DNA from: Dehalococcoidia bacterium
GTDB taxonomy: Bacteria; Chloroflexota; Dehalococcoidia; Plut-88900
NCBI GenBank assembly: GCA_965197585.1
Contig: OZ240215.1
Location: forward strand, 1,952,001 to 2,016,000
Length of the DNA stretch: 64,000 nucleotides
Direction: 5' to 3'
This document shows positions 1 to 8,340 of this stretch, piece by piece. Below the pieces are notes generated by a model. The model was not told the DNA's origin, did not search any database, and worked only from the letters and a program-made list of their open reading frames with translations. The position numbers were made by a program, and so were the translations under genes. Each line of letters starts with the position of its first letter. The first letter of the stretch is position 1.

Positions 1-630
1 CAGGCTGATGGGGATACCCACTTCCTGGGCTGCAGCCCACAAGGGGTCATACATTGGCTTCTCGTAGGTACGGTCTAGCTCGGGCCACGAGTTAATCAAG
101 ACACCCCGCAGCCCCATCGCCGCGCAGCGTTCCAGCTCCGCAACCGCAAGATCAATGTCATACGTCGAGACCAGCCCGATCCCCAACAGCAGTTCCGGGG
201 CATGAGAGCAGAACTCGGCCAGCCAGTCGTTGTAAACGGAGAACAGGGCCCGCTGGAGTGGGGGGTCTGTGAGGCGGTAGAGGGTCAGTGCATAGGAAGG
301 ATAGAGCACCTCGGCCTCTGTCCCGTCGATCTTCATGTCTTCCAGCCGAGCCGCTGGGTCGTAACCCCCCGGACGTCCATCTCTATAGGAGACTTCCTCT
401 ATGTGCGACTCGAACTCCGAGTAGCTATCCCGGCTCGCCCCTGCGAAAAAAGCCATGGATGCCGTTACGGTTGGCAGGTCTTCACAGACCCACCGGTCAC
501 CCTTCTCGCCGGGCGGGTCCTTGACTATTCGCGGGGCACGGTCACGGAACTCGTTTGGTAATCTGGTGGTCCATAGGTCTGCAGGGTCGGTGACGTGTGA
601 GTCCCCGGAGACGATCTTATAGTCGGCCAT
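1..630 (-). CDS. Amidohydrolase family protein (Amidohydro_2), 3' end outside window
   Basis: The reverse strand reads MADYKIVSGDSHVTDP...YNDWLAEFCS...LRGVLIN...LWAAAQEVGIPISL, with a GAGGAG RBS upstream. It is missing from the ORF track because it is truncated. Confidence 0.85.
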   Translation of the reverse strand, partial: MADYKIVSGDSHVTDPADLWTTRLPNEFRDRAPRIVKDPPGEKGDRWVCEDLPTVTASMAFFAGASRDSYSEFESHIEEVSYRDGRPGGYDPAARLEDMKIDGTEAEVLYPSYALTLYRLTDPPLQRALFSVYNDWLAEFCSHAPELLLGIGLVSTYDIDLAVAELERCAAMGLRGVLINSWPELDRTYEKPMYDPLWAAAQEVGIPISL

Positions 631-651
631 GGTCATTCTCCTCGTGCCCGA

Positions 652-703
652 GCCCCCTCATTTTCCCTCTCCCTCCATCGTAGAGGGCTAGGGTAAGGGT
701 GAA
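652..703. repeat. REP-like hairpin repeat, family A (CCCTCTCCC-n-GGGAGAGGG-TAGGGTGAGGG), degenerate
   Basis: Similar to 1594-1632 and, inverted, to 49871-49907. Confidence 0.65.
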
Positions 704-757
704 TACGCTCGGGCTTTCATTGTTATCGATTATAGTACCGAGTCCCTGGTCGGGCTA

Positions 758-1507
758 CTACACGTTCACCCGACCCCCGTCTATCGGAAGCTCGATTCCT
801 GTGACATAGGACGACTCGTCCGAGGCCAGGTACAGTGCCCCGAATGCTATCTCCTCCGGCGTCCCGATACGCCCCATCGGAATGTTAGCTACGGCATCGC
901 CTTTCTCCGCTGCTTCCCTGGTCTGGGTATGGAGCATCGGCGTGTCGATGGGCCCCGGGTGGATGGAGTTGGCCCTTATGCCGTCCATTGCATACTGATG
1001 CGCAGTCGTCTTGGTCAGAATCTTCACGGCTCCTTTGGAAGGACCGTACGCCGTGCCATCCGCATTGCCCACTATCCCCGCCCCCGACGACATGTTCACG
1101 ATTGATCCCCCACCCGACTTCTTCATCTCCGGTATGGCGTGCTTGCTCCCCAAAAAGGCCCCTGTGGCATTCACCGCCATTATCCGATTCCAGGTTTCCA
1201 ACGGCGTATCCGCCACGAGTTCTGGACTGTAAGCCCCGGCGTTGTTAACCAGAACGTTCAGCCCACCGAACCGTTTTACCGTGGCGGCTACGGCTCGTAC
1301 CCAGTCCTCTTCCTTCGTAACGTCCAGCTCTACGTAGAATGCTTCTCCTCCAGCTTCGGCGACCTCTTCAACAACGCGTTCTCCCCGCCCCGAATCTATG
1401 TCAGCGACAGTAACCTTTGCCCCCTCCGACGCGAATAGACGGCATATAGCCGACCCTATTCCCCCCGCCCCTCCCGTTACCAAGGCGATCTTTCCTTCCA
1501 TTCTCAT
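758..1507 (-). CDS. SDR family NAD(P)-dependent oxidoreductase
   Basis: TGGAGGIG, NNAG and YxxSK motifs. Confidence 0.95.
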   Translation of the reverse strand: MRMEGKIALVTGGAGGIGSAICRLFASEGAKVTVADIDSGRGERVVEEVAEAGGEAFYVELDVTKEEDWVRAVAATVKRFGGLNVLVNNAGAYSPELVADTPLETWNRIMAVNATGAFLGSKHAIPEMKKSGGGSIVNMSSGAGIVGNADGTAYGPSKGAVKILTKTTAHQYAMDGIRANSIHPGPIDTPMLHTQTREAAEKGDAVANIPMGRIGTPEEIAFGALYLASDESSYVTGIELPIDGGRVNV

Positions 1508-1529
1508 GACATTGCCAGCACTTTTCCAT

Positions 1530-1632
1530 CTCCTCTCCCTCGACGAGACCTTTGCATAACTCCAAGGGAGAGGGTTTGGGGCGGAGTCCTATACCCTCTC
1601 CCTCGATGGGAGAGGGCTAGGGTGAGGGTGAT
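1530..1632. repeat. Two tandem REP-like family A hairpins
   Basis: cctctccct...agggagagg, then ccctctccctcgatgggagagggctagggtgagggtg. Confidence 0.7.
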
Positions 1633-1642
1633 TGCCCTTTCT

Positions 1643-2725
1643 CTAGCCCTGCTCAGTTATCACTCTACGGCAGAAGGTTGCCGCATTAACCAAATCCGGG
1701 ATGATCACGAATTCTCTAACCGTGTGCATCTCGTTCGTCGCCATCCCGACCACTATGCACTCGATCCCGTGCTCCCTCATCACGTTGGCGTCGGTCCCCC
1801 CACCCGAGGGTTCCAGCCGCAGAGGCAGCCCCATGGCGTCGAGGTTCCGTTTTGCCAATTCCAGCATCTTCTCCCCGGGCCTGACGGTGTAGGTGTTGAA
1901 CTCTACGTTGAAACCATCCTCGATAATCGCCTCCTTGTACCGGTCCCGCACCTGATCGAAAATACCCCGAGCCTGGAGTTGTAGCAGGTCCAGGGTTTCC
2001 AGGTTGCGGCTGCGAAACTCGCCTGTGAAAGTAGCTTGCTCGGGCACCGCGTTCCTGACACTGCCGCCGGATATGGTCCCGACGTTGAAGGTCGTCTCTT
2101 CATCGAGCCTTCCCTGGGGAAGCTCGCTGATAATCTCCGCCGCGATCTTGATCGCCGATAGTCCCTTCTCCGGCTCGACACCCGCGTGCGCCGACCTGCC
2201 CGTGACATTAACCTCGAAGCTAACGTATGTCGGACTGGAGCCCGTGAGTTTGTTGACCGGCCCGTTCCCATCAAAGACCACCGCCTCATCAGCCGTGATC
2301 ATCGAAAAATCCATGTTACGGGCGCCCACCAGCCCGATCTCCTCGCCCCTGGTGAACGCCAGTTGAATGCTCCGCCGTGGCAATTCCTCCTCTACCACCG
2401 ACTCCAGTCCCTCTAGTATCGCCGCCACGCCAGCCTTGCAGTCTCCGCCTAGAATCGTAGTCCCATCGGAGACTATCCTGTCACCTTCTATCGTAGGTTT
2501 GATCCCCCGCCCCGGTTCCACCGTGTCCATGTGCGCCGACAATAGAAGCGGATTGTCTCCATCCTCGCGTGCGATCAAGTTGCCATGCGCATCCCTCAGA
2601 ATCTCGAAGCCCAGCGCCTCCAACCTCCTCGATAGGTCTTGTGCTACCTCCTCCTCTTCATCCGATGGGCTGTCGATTTGCACGAGATCGCAAAAGGTCT
2701 TCACCAAGCGGTCTTCATTGATCAT
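1643..2725 (-). CDS. M20/M25/M40 metallopeptidase (peptidase T-like)
   Basis: SAHMDTV, LGGDCKAG, GEEIG, GGGTDAN and terminal HT motifs. Confidence 0.92.
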   Translation of the reverse strand: MINEDRLVKTFCDLVQIDSPSDEEEEVAQDLSRRLEALGFEILRDAHGNLIAREDGDNPLLLSAHMDTVEPGRGIKPTIEGDRIVSDGTTILGGDCKAGVAAILEGLESVVEEELPRRSIQLAFTRGEEIGLVGARNMDFSMITADEAVVFDGNGPVNKLTGSSPTYVSFEVNVTGRSAHAGVEPEKGLSAIKIAAEIISELPQGRLDEETTFNVGTISGGSVRNAVPEQATFTGEFRSRNLETLDLLQLQARGIFDQVRDRYKEAIIEDGFNVEFNTYTVRPGEKMLELAKRNLDAMGLPLRLEPSGGGTDANVMREHGIECIVVGMATNEMHTVREFVIIPDLVNAATFCRRVITEQG

Positions 2726-2756
2726 TATTGCTTCCTCAAGTTTGTTGCCGCAGGGT

Positions 2757-3977
2757 CTATTTGCGGAATTCGTCGATTCTGGACATTCGCTCCCTGACTA
2801 TCTCCAGGGTCTCCAGCTTTTTGGGAAATGCGAACCGCACGAACTGTTTTCCCTGCTCGGCGAGGTGATAGAACGCCCGACCCGGGACCGGGGTCACCCC
2901 TATGGTCTCGGCCATAAACATGGCAAACGCAAGATCGTCATCATAACCACAGTCCGGATATTCGGTCATTACGTAGTAAGCCCCCTGGGGCGTCACGTAG
3001 TCAAATCCGGTATCCTTCAATATCGATAGTGTCGCGTCCCTGCGGGCTTGGTAGTCCGACGCCAGGCCTTCGTAATAGCTCATTGGAAATCCCATACCCT
3101 TGGCCGCGGCCATCTGCAAAGGGTGCGCCGCCCCGACAGTCAGGAAGTCGTGGGCCCGGCGTATAGCCGTGCACAACGTCGCATCCATCACTATCGCCCA
3201 GCCGATGCGCCACCCCGTCACGCTGTACGTCTTGGAGACGCTGTTTATGGTAACCGTACGTTCTGCCATTCCGGGCAGGGAAGCGATGCTGCGGTGGGTC
3301 AACCCGTCGAAAATGATGTGTTCATACGGCTCGTCTGAGAAGACCAGGGCATCGAATTCCTGGCAGAGTTCGGCAATGACACCGAGTTCTTCGTCGGAAT
3401 AGACCTTGCCCGAGGGATTGTGCGGAGTAGTGATAATTACAGCCTTGGTATTCTTCGAAAACGCCGCTCTCAGTTCATCCGGGTCGAATTTGAAGGAATC
3501 ACCGACACGCCGAAGCGGCACGTACACTGGCTTCCCCCCTGAGATCAAGGTGTCCGGCCCATAATTTTCGTAGAACGGCTCGAAGATAATGATCTCGTCC
3601 CCCGGGTCCACAAGCCCGAGCATCGTGGCCATCATCGCCTCGGTACCGCCACAGGTCACGGTGACGTGGGCGTCGGGTTCAGGACTCAGCCCGTTGTACC
3701 AGCTGAATTTCTCGGCTATCGCCTCCCGTAATGGCCCCGCGCCCCAAGTGTTGGCGTACTGGTGAAAATCACCGGAGAGGGCCTCTTCAGCCGCTTCTAT
3801 AAGGGCCGGGGGTGGGGTGAAATCGGGGAAGCCTTGGGCCATGTTCACACCGCCCAAGTTATTGTTAATCCGGGTCATATCCCGGATTATCGACTCAGTG
3901 AAATGGCGGACTCGCTCCGCCGTGTAGCGCTCACTGGACAAAATCGTGTGTGCCCCCGCCCCGTAGAGTTGGCCCAT
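2757..3977 (-). CDS. PLP-dependent aminotransferase class I/II (start uncertain)
   Basis: NMAQGFPDF, PHNPSG, DEPY, SVSKTYSVTGWRIG. Confidence 0.93.
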   Translation of the reverse strand: MGQLYGAGAHTILSSERYTAERVRHFTESIIRDMTRINNNLGGVNMAQGFPDFTPPPALIEAAEEALSGDFHQYANTWGAGPLREAIAEKFSWYNGLSPEPDAHVTVTCGGTEAMMATMLGLVDPGDEIIIFEPFYENYGPDTLISGGKPVYVPLRRVGDSFKFDPDELRAAFSKNTKAVIITTPHNPSGKVYSDEELGVIAELCQEFDALVFSDEPYEHIIFDGLTHRSIASLPGMAERTVTINSVSKTYSVTGWRIGWAIVMDATLCTAIRRAHDFLTVGAAHPLQMAAAKGMGFPMSYYEGLASDYQARRDATLSILKDTGFDYVTPQGAYYVMTEYPDCGYDDDLAFAMFMAETIGVTPVPGRAFYHLAEQGKQFVRFAFPKKLETLEIVRERMSRIDEFRK

Positions 3978-4041
3978 TCTAACACGTAGCAGTCACCTCC
4001 CCCGCCACTCCAGAAGGCCAAATCCGAAAGCAGGCGTCGCG

Positions 4042-4650
4042 TTAGAGTTTCTGCGCATGGAAGAGGACCGCGCTCCAGCGCCCGGTCTCTTGAAGCTCCA
4101 CTCGGCTATGATCGTGTACCGGTGTTTCCACAATCTCGGCCCTGATAACGCTGAACCCGGTGAAGGCAGCCTTGAGTTCCTCGAGGGTTACGAGATCAAG
4201 CTCTGCAAAGAACCTGACTCTCTTCATCGTTGAGTCGAAGTCCTTCATGAGCACGGTGCCCCCCGGTGCCAGGGACTCCCGGACCGTCAGATAGAGCGGC
4301 TCTCGTCCCTTCTTCCTTCCCGGAAGTGCGAAGCTGCTAGTTATTAAGTCATAGTGGGTGAACGGCTTCCAGGTAGTGGCGTCAGCCACCTGTAACTCTG
4401 CTTCTATCCCTCGCGCCCGAGTGATTTCGCGCGCCGCCTTAATGGCTTTCGCCGCGATATCTATGCCCGTCACCCGCCATCCCCGCTGCGCGAGGGCGGC
4501 GACAAGGCCGCCCGCTCCACAGCCTACGTCCAGCGCTCGGCCCGGCCGCAGGCCGTCGATAATTTCCAGCATCCCGGCGTCGGGCGCCTCATAGTCCGTT
4601 GCGTCGCCCGAGTAGGATTTGTTCCAGTCGAAGAGGTCCCGGCCTTCCAT
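4042..4650 (-). CDS. Class I SAM-dependent methyltransferase
   Basis: ALDVGCGAG motif I; start moved to ATG 4650. Confidence 0.85.
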   Translation of the reverse strand: MEGRDLFDWNKSYSGDATDYEAPDAGMLEIIDGLRPGRALDVGCGAGGLVAALAQRGWRVTGIDIAAKAIKAAREITRARGIEAELQVADATTWKPFTHYDLITSSFALPGRKKGREPLYLTVRESLAPGGTVLMKDFDSTMKRVRFFAELDLVTLEELKAAFTGFSVIRAEIVETPVHDHSRVELQETGRWSAVLFHAQKL

Positions 4651-4809
4651 ACCTGCACCTGCCCGTGTCTCCGAGTCACGCCTAGGCGATACAGCGCCAA
4701 CCAGAGCCATATGAAGCCAATCGACATGCCTGCATGCTCGGTAGCTTCCCGAATACACCCCCGTCGCCGACCCCATGACCCCATCCTTCGGGATGGAATC
4801 ACCGAGCCC

Positions 4810-5145
4810 TTACATGGGCAAGGGTATCGCTTCGTGGACTTCTATCGCACGACCTGGGTCCCACCCTACGTGCGGGTGACCCTCTAGCAGCGCCTTTGCC
4901 GCCTCCATACTCTCCGCCTCCAGGATTGAGTATCCCGTCACCTCGCTGTCGCTCTGCCCGGCCCCCGACGCGGTCATTCTCTGCCCACCCCCCAACGGCG
5001 ACCCCATGTCCACCAGGCTCTCTCCGCACTTCTCGGCCCACCCCATCCAAAGCGCCATGCCTTTCTGCATCTCCTCGGGTGTGCTCTCCGACATCGCGGC
5101 AACTGCCGACTTCGGAGCGTGATAAAGAACTATGTATCTTCCCAT
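4810..5145 (-). CDS. YciI/DGPF-like ferredoxin-fold protein
   Basis: W..W...LVD.G.PL, TGYSILEAES...A..LL.GHPH pattern. Confidence 0.7.
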   Translation of the reverse strand: MGRYIVLYHAPKSAVAAMSESTPEEMQKGMALWMGWAEKCGESLVDMGSPLGGGQRMTASGAGQSDSEVTGYSILEAESMEAAKALLEGHPHVGWDPGRAIEVHEAIPLPM

Positions 5146-5319
5146 TGTTGTCTTCTCTTTACCGGCTCCCTTCCAACGCCCCATATGAACGCCTTCGGTT
5201 CACCTTTATACTATCGTTAACCCCTGACCAATTCTGCCCGCCTCGCTCTCTGTCTCCAATCTAACCCACAGGGTATATCGAATTATCGGGGAGGCAATCT
5301 TGCAGTGTCAATCAACGGT

Positions 5320-5506
5320 ACTAGTTCAGCGTATATGAGTCACCATCGGGCAAGTACATCAGGGGGTTAGCCCTGGGCTAGCTGCTCTTGGCTCCCACGG
5401 TGTGAAGAAGGAGGAGGGGCGCTCCCTCAAACCTTCCGCCAACCTTCCCACAGTTGTTCAGAAACTCCTCGATAACGCCTCTATTCCAATCGTTCTGCGT
5501 TGTCAC
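5320..5506 (-). pseudogene. Deazaflavin (F420)-dependent nitroreductase family pseudogene
   Basis: GTG start with RBS; DWNRGVIEEF...GKVGGRFEGAPLLLLHTVGAKS, in-frame TAG at 5378-5380, then PRANPLMYLPDGD and a second stop. Confidence 0.75.
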
Positions 5507-5528
5507 TAGTCTCCTTTGGAAGGTGAGC

Positions 5529-5843
5529 TTATCGTTGGAGATTGATCTTGACACCTCCAACTCGGCTGGCCACCGAGTTATACAGCCAAGCTCCGAATGC
5601 TCCAGCCACGAACCCCACAGCTCCGCCGATAACCGGCATTGCAAGTAAAGCGCCAAAGGCAAGTGCCGTCCCAGAGCTTAGCCCAGGCGTTTCATCCGAA
5701 GTTACCCACCCTGCACTGACGAGTATGTCGATGATGGCGCCACCGAAGGAATAGATGATCCCAGCAAGCAACCCGAGAACTACGCCTCCAGCAACTGACA
5801 GCTTCGCTGCCGACCCCACTCCGATTCTGGTCAGAACTTCCAT
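5529..5843 (-). CDS. Small membrane protein, DUF3566-like
   Basis: Two hydrophobic segments; RIGVGSAAK ... WLYNSVASRVGGVKI; GGAGG RBS. Confidence 0.6.
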   Translation of the reverse strand: MEVLTRIGVGSAAKLSVAGGVVLGLLAGIIYSFGGAIIDILVSAGWVTSDETPGLSSGTALAFGALLAMPVIGGAVGFVAGAFGAWLYNSVASRVGGVKINLQR

Positions 5844-5929
5844 CGCATCCCTACCTCCAGGCATGTTGACCGGGATTTCCCATATTGTGAGTCTTCAGGC
5901 TCAAAGAGCAGCCCCAACGAGATAATGGC

Positions 5930-5958
5930 ATCATATTTGGCTCTGCAAGGCCAGTCAA
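5930..5958 (-). promoter_or_regulatory. sigma70-type promoter TTGACT-17-TATGAT
   Basis: Near-consensus with 17-bp spacer, upstream of the 5843 ORF. Confidence 0.55.
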
Positions 5959-6295
5959 TCTCCGGTCTATCCGATAAGGGATGCGGCTCTTGCCGTGAAC
6001 CATGCTTCTTGTCCGTCTTTGTTGTCTTCAGGCTCCCCGCCAATGGCGTGAAAGCGCATGGAAGACAAGGCGGCTCCCTGGAGCGCTCTCCCTCTTGGCA
6101 AGATCGTGGTTGCATTCTCCCTCAGCTTGGCGCCGGCGATAACCGGCCGATACGATCCAACACTCCCTGAAACACCCGTCTAGGAACCGACGCCTCGGAT
6201 AACTGAAAGATCAACCGCCGAAAGTGGCGCACCAGCCGACCTCCCATGTGAATCCACAGAGTCGAAGGGTCTCAAGAACGGAATGGGGTGGTGCC

Positions 6296-7043
6296 CTCCC
6301 AAAAGTGACACGAACCCCTTGACTAAAGCAAAACACTTGTACTATATTCACCCTCGACTAGCTAGTCACACACCTAAACCCTAAGGAGGAACCACAACCC
6401 GGGGGGAAGCCCAGCCCCGGCCCACACGAGGACTCAACGTCCCAGCCCATCCCAACGGGCGGCCCACGCGCCGCCCCTCGGCTCAAGCGAAAGCCGCCAT
6501 CTCCTCATTCCAAAGGCCCCGGCTCACCCTTCCCCCACCAACCACCAAGCGATGGAAGGTCCACAGACTATGCTCGGCAGGCCCCGTCCTACGACGCCCC
6601 TGCCGATTCAACGCCCCCCATCATCGGGTGCGTTTATCCCGGCCCTTTGCGCGCCGGTTTCCCGGGTAGGTCAACCGACCCCCGGTTTAACAAGGCCCTC
6701 GTGCCTTGTTTGTCCCGCCGTCCCCGCCATCCGTCTACCCGGCGGATGCACCAGGACGCCGGTTATGAAAGTCCGCCTCAGGCGGTATCTTCCCCGTCAG
6801 CGGTCCGGTCAAGTGCCGCTGCCGGTGGGATCTGCCCCACACAACCCTGACCACAGCCGACAACGTGTGGGGATAATCCAGCCCGGTGCCGACGGCTCGG
6901 CAGCAACCCACGGCCTGGTTTCTAGTCCCGGACCTTCCATCGCCTACCTCCCCTCAACAAACAAACCCGAAACACCCAAATCCCAATCGAAGATGGGACA
7001 TCCGCCTTGGGCGGGTCCCCCGCAGGAGGATTGAATAAACACC
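6296..7043 (+). ncRNA. Large structured non-coding element, copy 1 (putative ncRNA with own promoter)
   Basis: 5' block similar to 32577-32836; 3' block similar to 33241-33356 and to the reverse complement of 63500-63604; long-range stem 6549-6562/6930-6943. Confidence 0.7.
6319..6348 (+). promoter_or_regulatory. sigma70 promoter TTGACT-18-TATATT with overlapping LexA-like box AAAC-N4-GTAC
   Basis: Conserved in copy 2 (32602-32631). Confidence 0.6.
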
Positions 7044-7150
7044 GCCCACCCCTCCCGCTTGACCAAAACTCCCAATAAGGTAACAATGACAACCGACCCA
7101 AAGCTCACAGGCCGGTCTTTACCCAACGAATAAATGCAGGGGGTAACCGT

Positions 7151-8251
7151 ATGGGATACCGGATTATTTCAGCAGACAGCCACCTCGACTTGATATGGGT
7201 GCCCCACGACGCCTTTACGTCCAGGGCTCCTGCCGAGTGGAAAGACAAGGTCCCCTACGTAGAATCGCGGCCCGAGGGCAACTACTGGATGGTCGAGGGA
7301 CGCACCATGACTCGGGCAGGCTGGTATGGTCCCGGTGTCAACGGTGGCCAGCGTGGCGAGATGCTGGACAGAGAGGGCTTCACCCTCGGCGACCTACGCT
7401 GCTCCGACTACAAGTTGAGAAAGGCCGACCAGGAGCGGGACGGCGTCGACGCCGAGGTAATCTACGGCATCCTCAGCACAGACCGCAGCTTTGACGACAA
7501 AGAGGCCCTGGCCGCCACTTACCGCGCCTACAACGACTACATCTCTGAGTGGCAGCAATACGATCCTGAGTGGCTTGTCCCATTGGGGGAGATACCCAAC
7601 CACAACGGTAAGGTCGCCGGTGCCGAGCTCTCCCGCCTCGCCGATATAGGAGTCCGAGGCGCCGAGTTCGCCCCCGCCACCATGACCCAACCCTTCTGGA
7701 GCGACGAATGGGAACCACTCTGGGCGGCGGGAGAGGACACCCAGCTGCCCATCTCCTTCCACGCCTTCAACATATCCACCACCTTCTCCGACAAGGACCA
7801 CCCCGCCGCCGCAGCCGTAAACCTTGTACTGGCTCCCTCCCGCGCCGACGAGGTGCTCTGCTCCCTGATCTTCTCCGGCATCCTGGAAAGGCACCCCAGG
7901 TTCAACGCCATCCTCGGCGAGAGCGGCATCGGCTGGCTCCCCTTCACGCTGGAGCGCATGGACTACTCCTATGAGCGCCGCCTCACCGACCTGGAGCTTC
8001 CCATCCCTCCCTCCGAGTACTTCAGGCGTCAGGTCTATGCCAGCTTCATCATCGACTATTGGGGCACGAAGGCCATGTGGGAGCTGGGCTACCTGAAGAA
8101 CATCATGTGGTCCACCGACTACCCTCACCGAGACGGCTCTTGGCCCGACTCACAAGAAGTCATTGAGCGGACCTTCAGCGGCTTGCCCGAGGAGGTCAAG
8201 AAGGCCTGTGTCCACGACAACGTCGTCAGCCTGTTCAACCTGAACGACTGA
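7151..8251 (+). CDS. Amidohydrolase family protein (Amidohydro_2)
   Basis: ISADSH, ISFH, GESGIGW, WSTDYPH. Confidence 0.93.
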   Translation: MGYRIISADSHLDLIWVPHDAFTSRAPAEWKDKVPYVESRPEGNYWMVEGRTMTRAGWYGPGVNGGQRGEMLDREGFTLGDLRCSDYKLRKADQERDGVDAEVIYGILSTDRSFDDKEALAATYRAYNDYISEWQQYDPEWLVPLGEIPNHNGKVAGAELSRLADIGVRGAEFAPATMTQPFWSDEWEPLWAAGEDTQLPISFHAFNISTTFSDKDHPAAAAVNLVLAPSRADEVLCSLIFSGILERHPRFNAILGESGIGWLPFTLERMDYSYERRLTDLELPIPPSEYFRRQVYASFIIDYWGTKAMWELGYLKNIMWSTDYPHRDGSWPDSQEVIERTFSGLPEEVKKACVHDNVVSLFNLND

Positions 8252-8276
8252 CCGGTTCCTTACCCCTTTACACGTC

Positions 8277-8311
8277 AAATCGGCGGGCTCGCAATGCGAG
8301 CCCGCCGATTT
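8277..8311. terminator. Bidirectional terminator-like hairpin between convergent genes
   Basis: aaatcggcgggctcgc-aat-gcgagcccgccgattt, perfect 16-bp stem. Confidence 0.7.
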
Positions 8312-8340
8312 AGTCATTCCTTTTCGGAAGCAGTATGTTC

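Noticed and set aside
6552-7034. 160-aa ORF in element copy 1, plus the ORFs at 32920-33431 and 63491-63937
   Set aside because: Pro/Arg-rich, no RBS, and reading frames are not conserved between copies although nucleotide blocks and pairings are.
6296-7043. RNase P, tmRNA, SRP or group I/II intron identity for the element
   Set aside because: No GAGGAAAGUCC/P4 pairing, no tRNA-like ends, no SRP core and no domain V motif seen; the element is also multi-copy.
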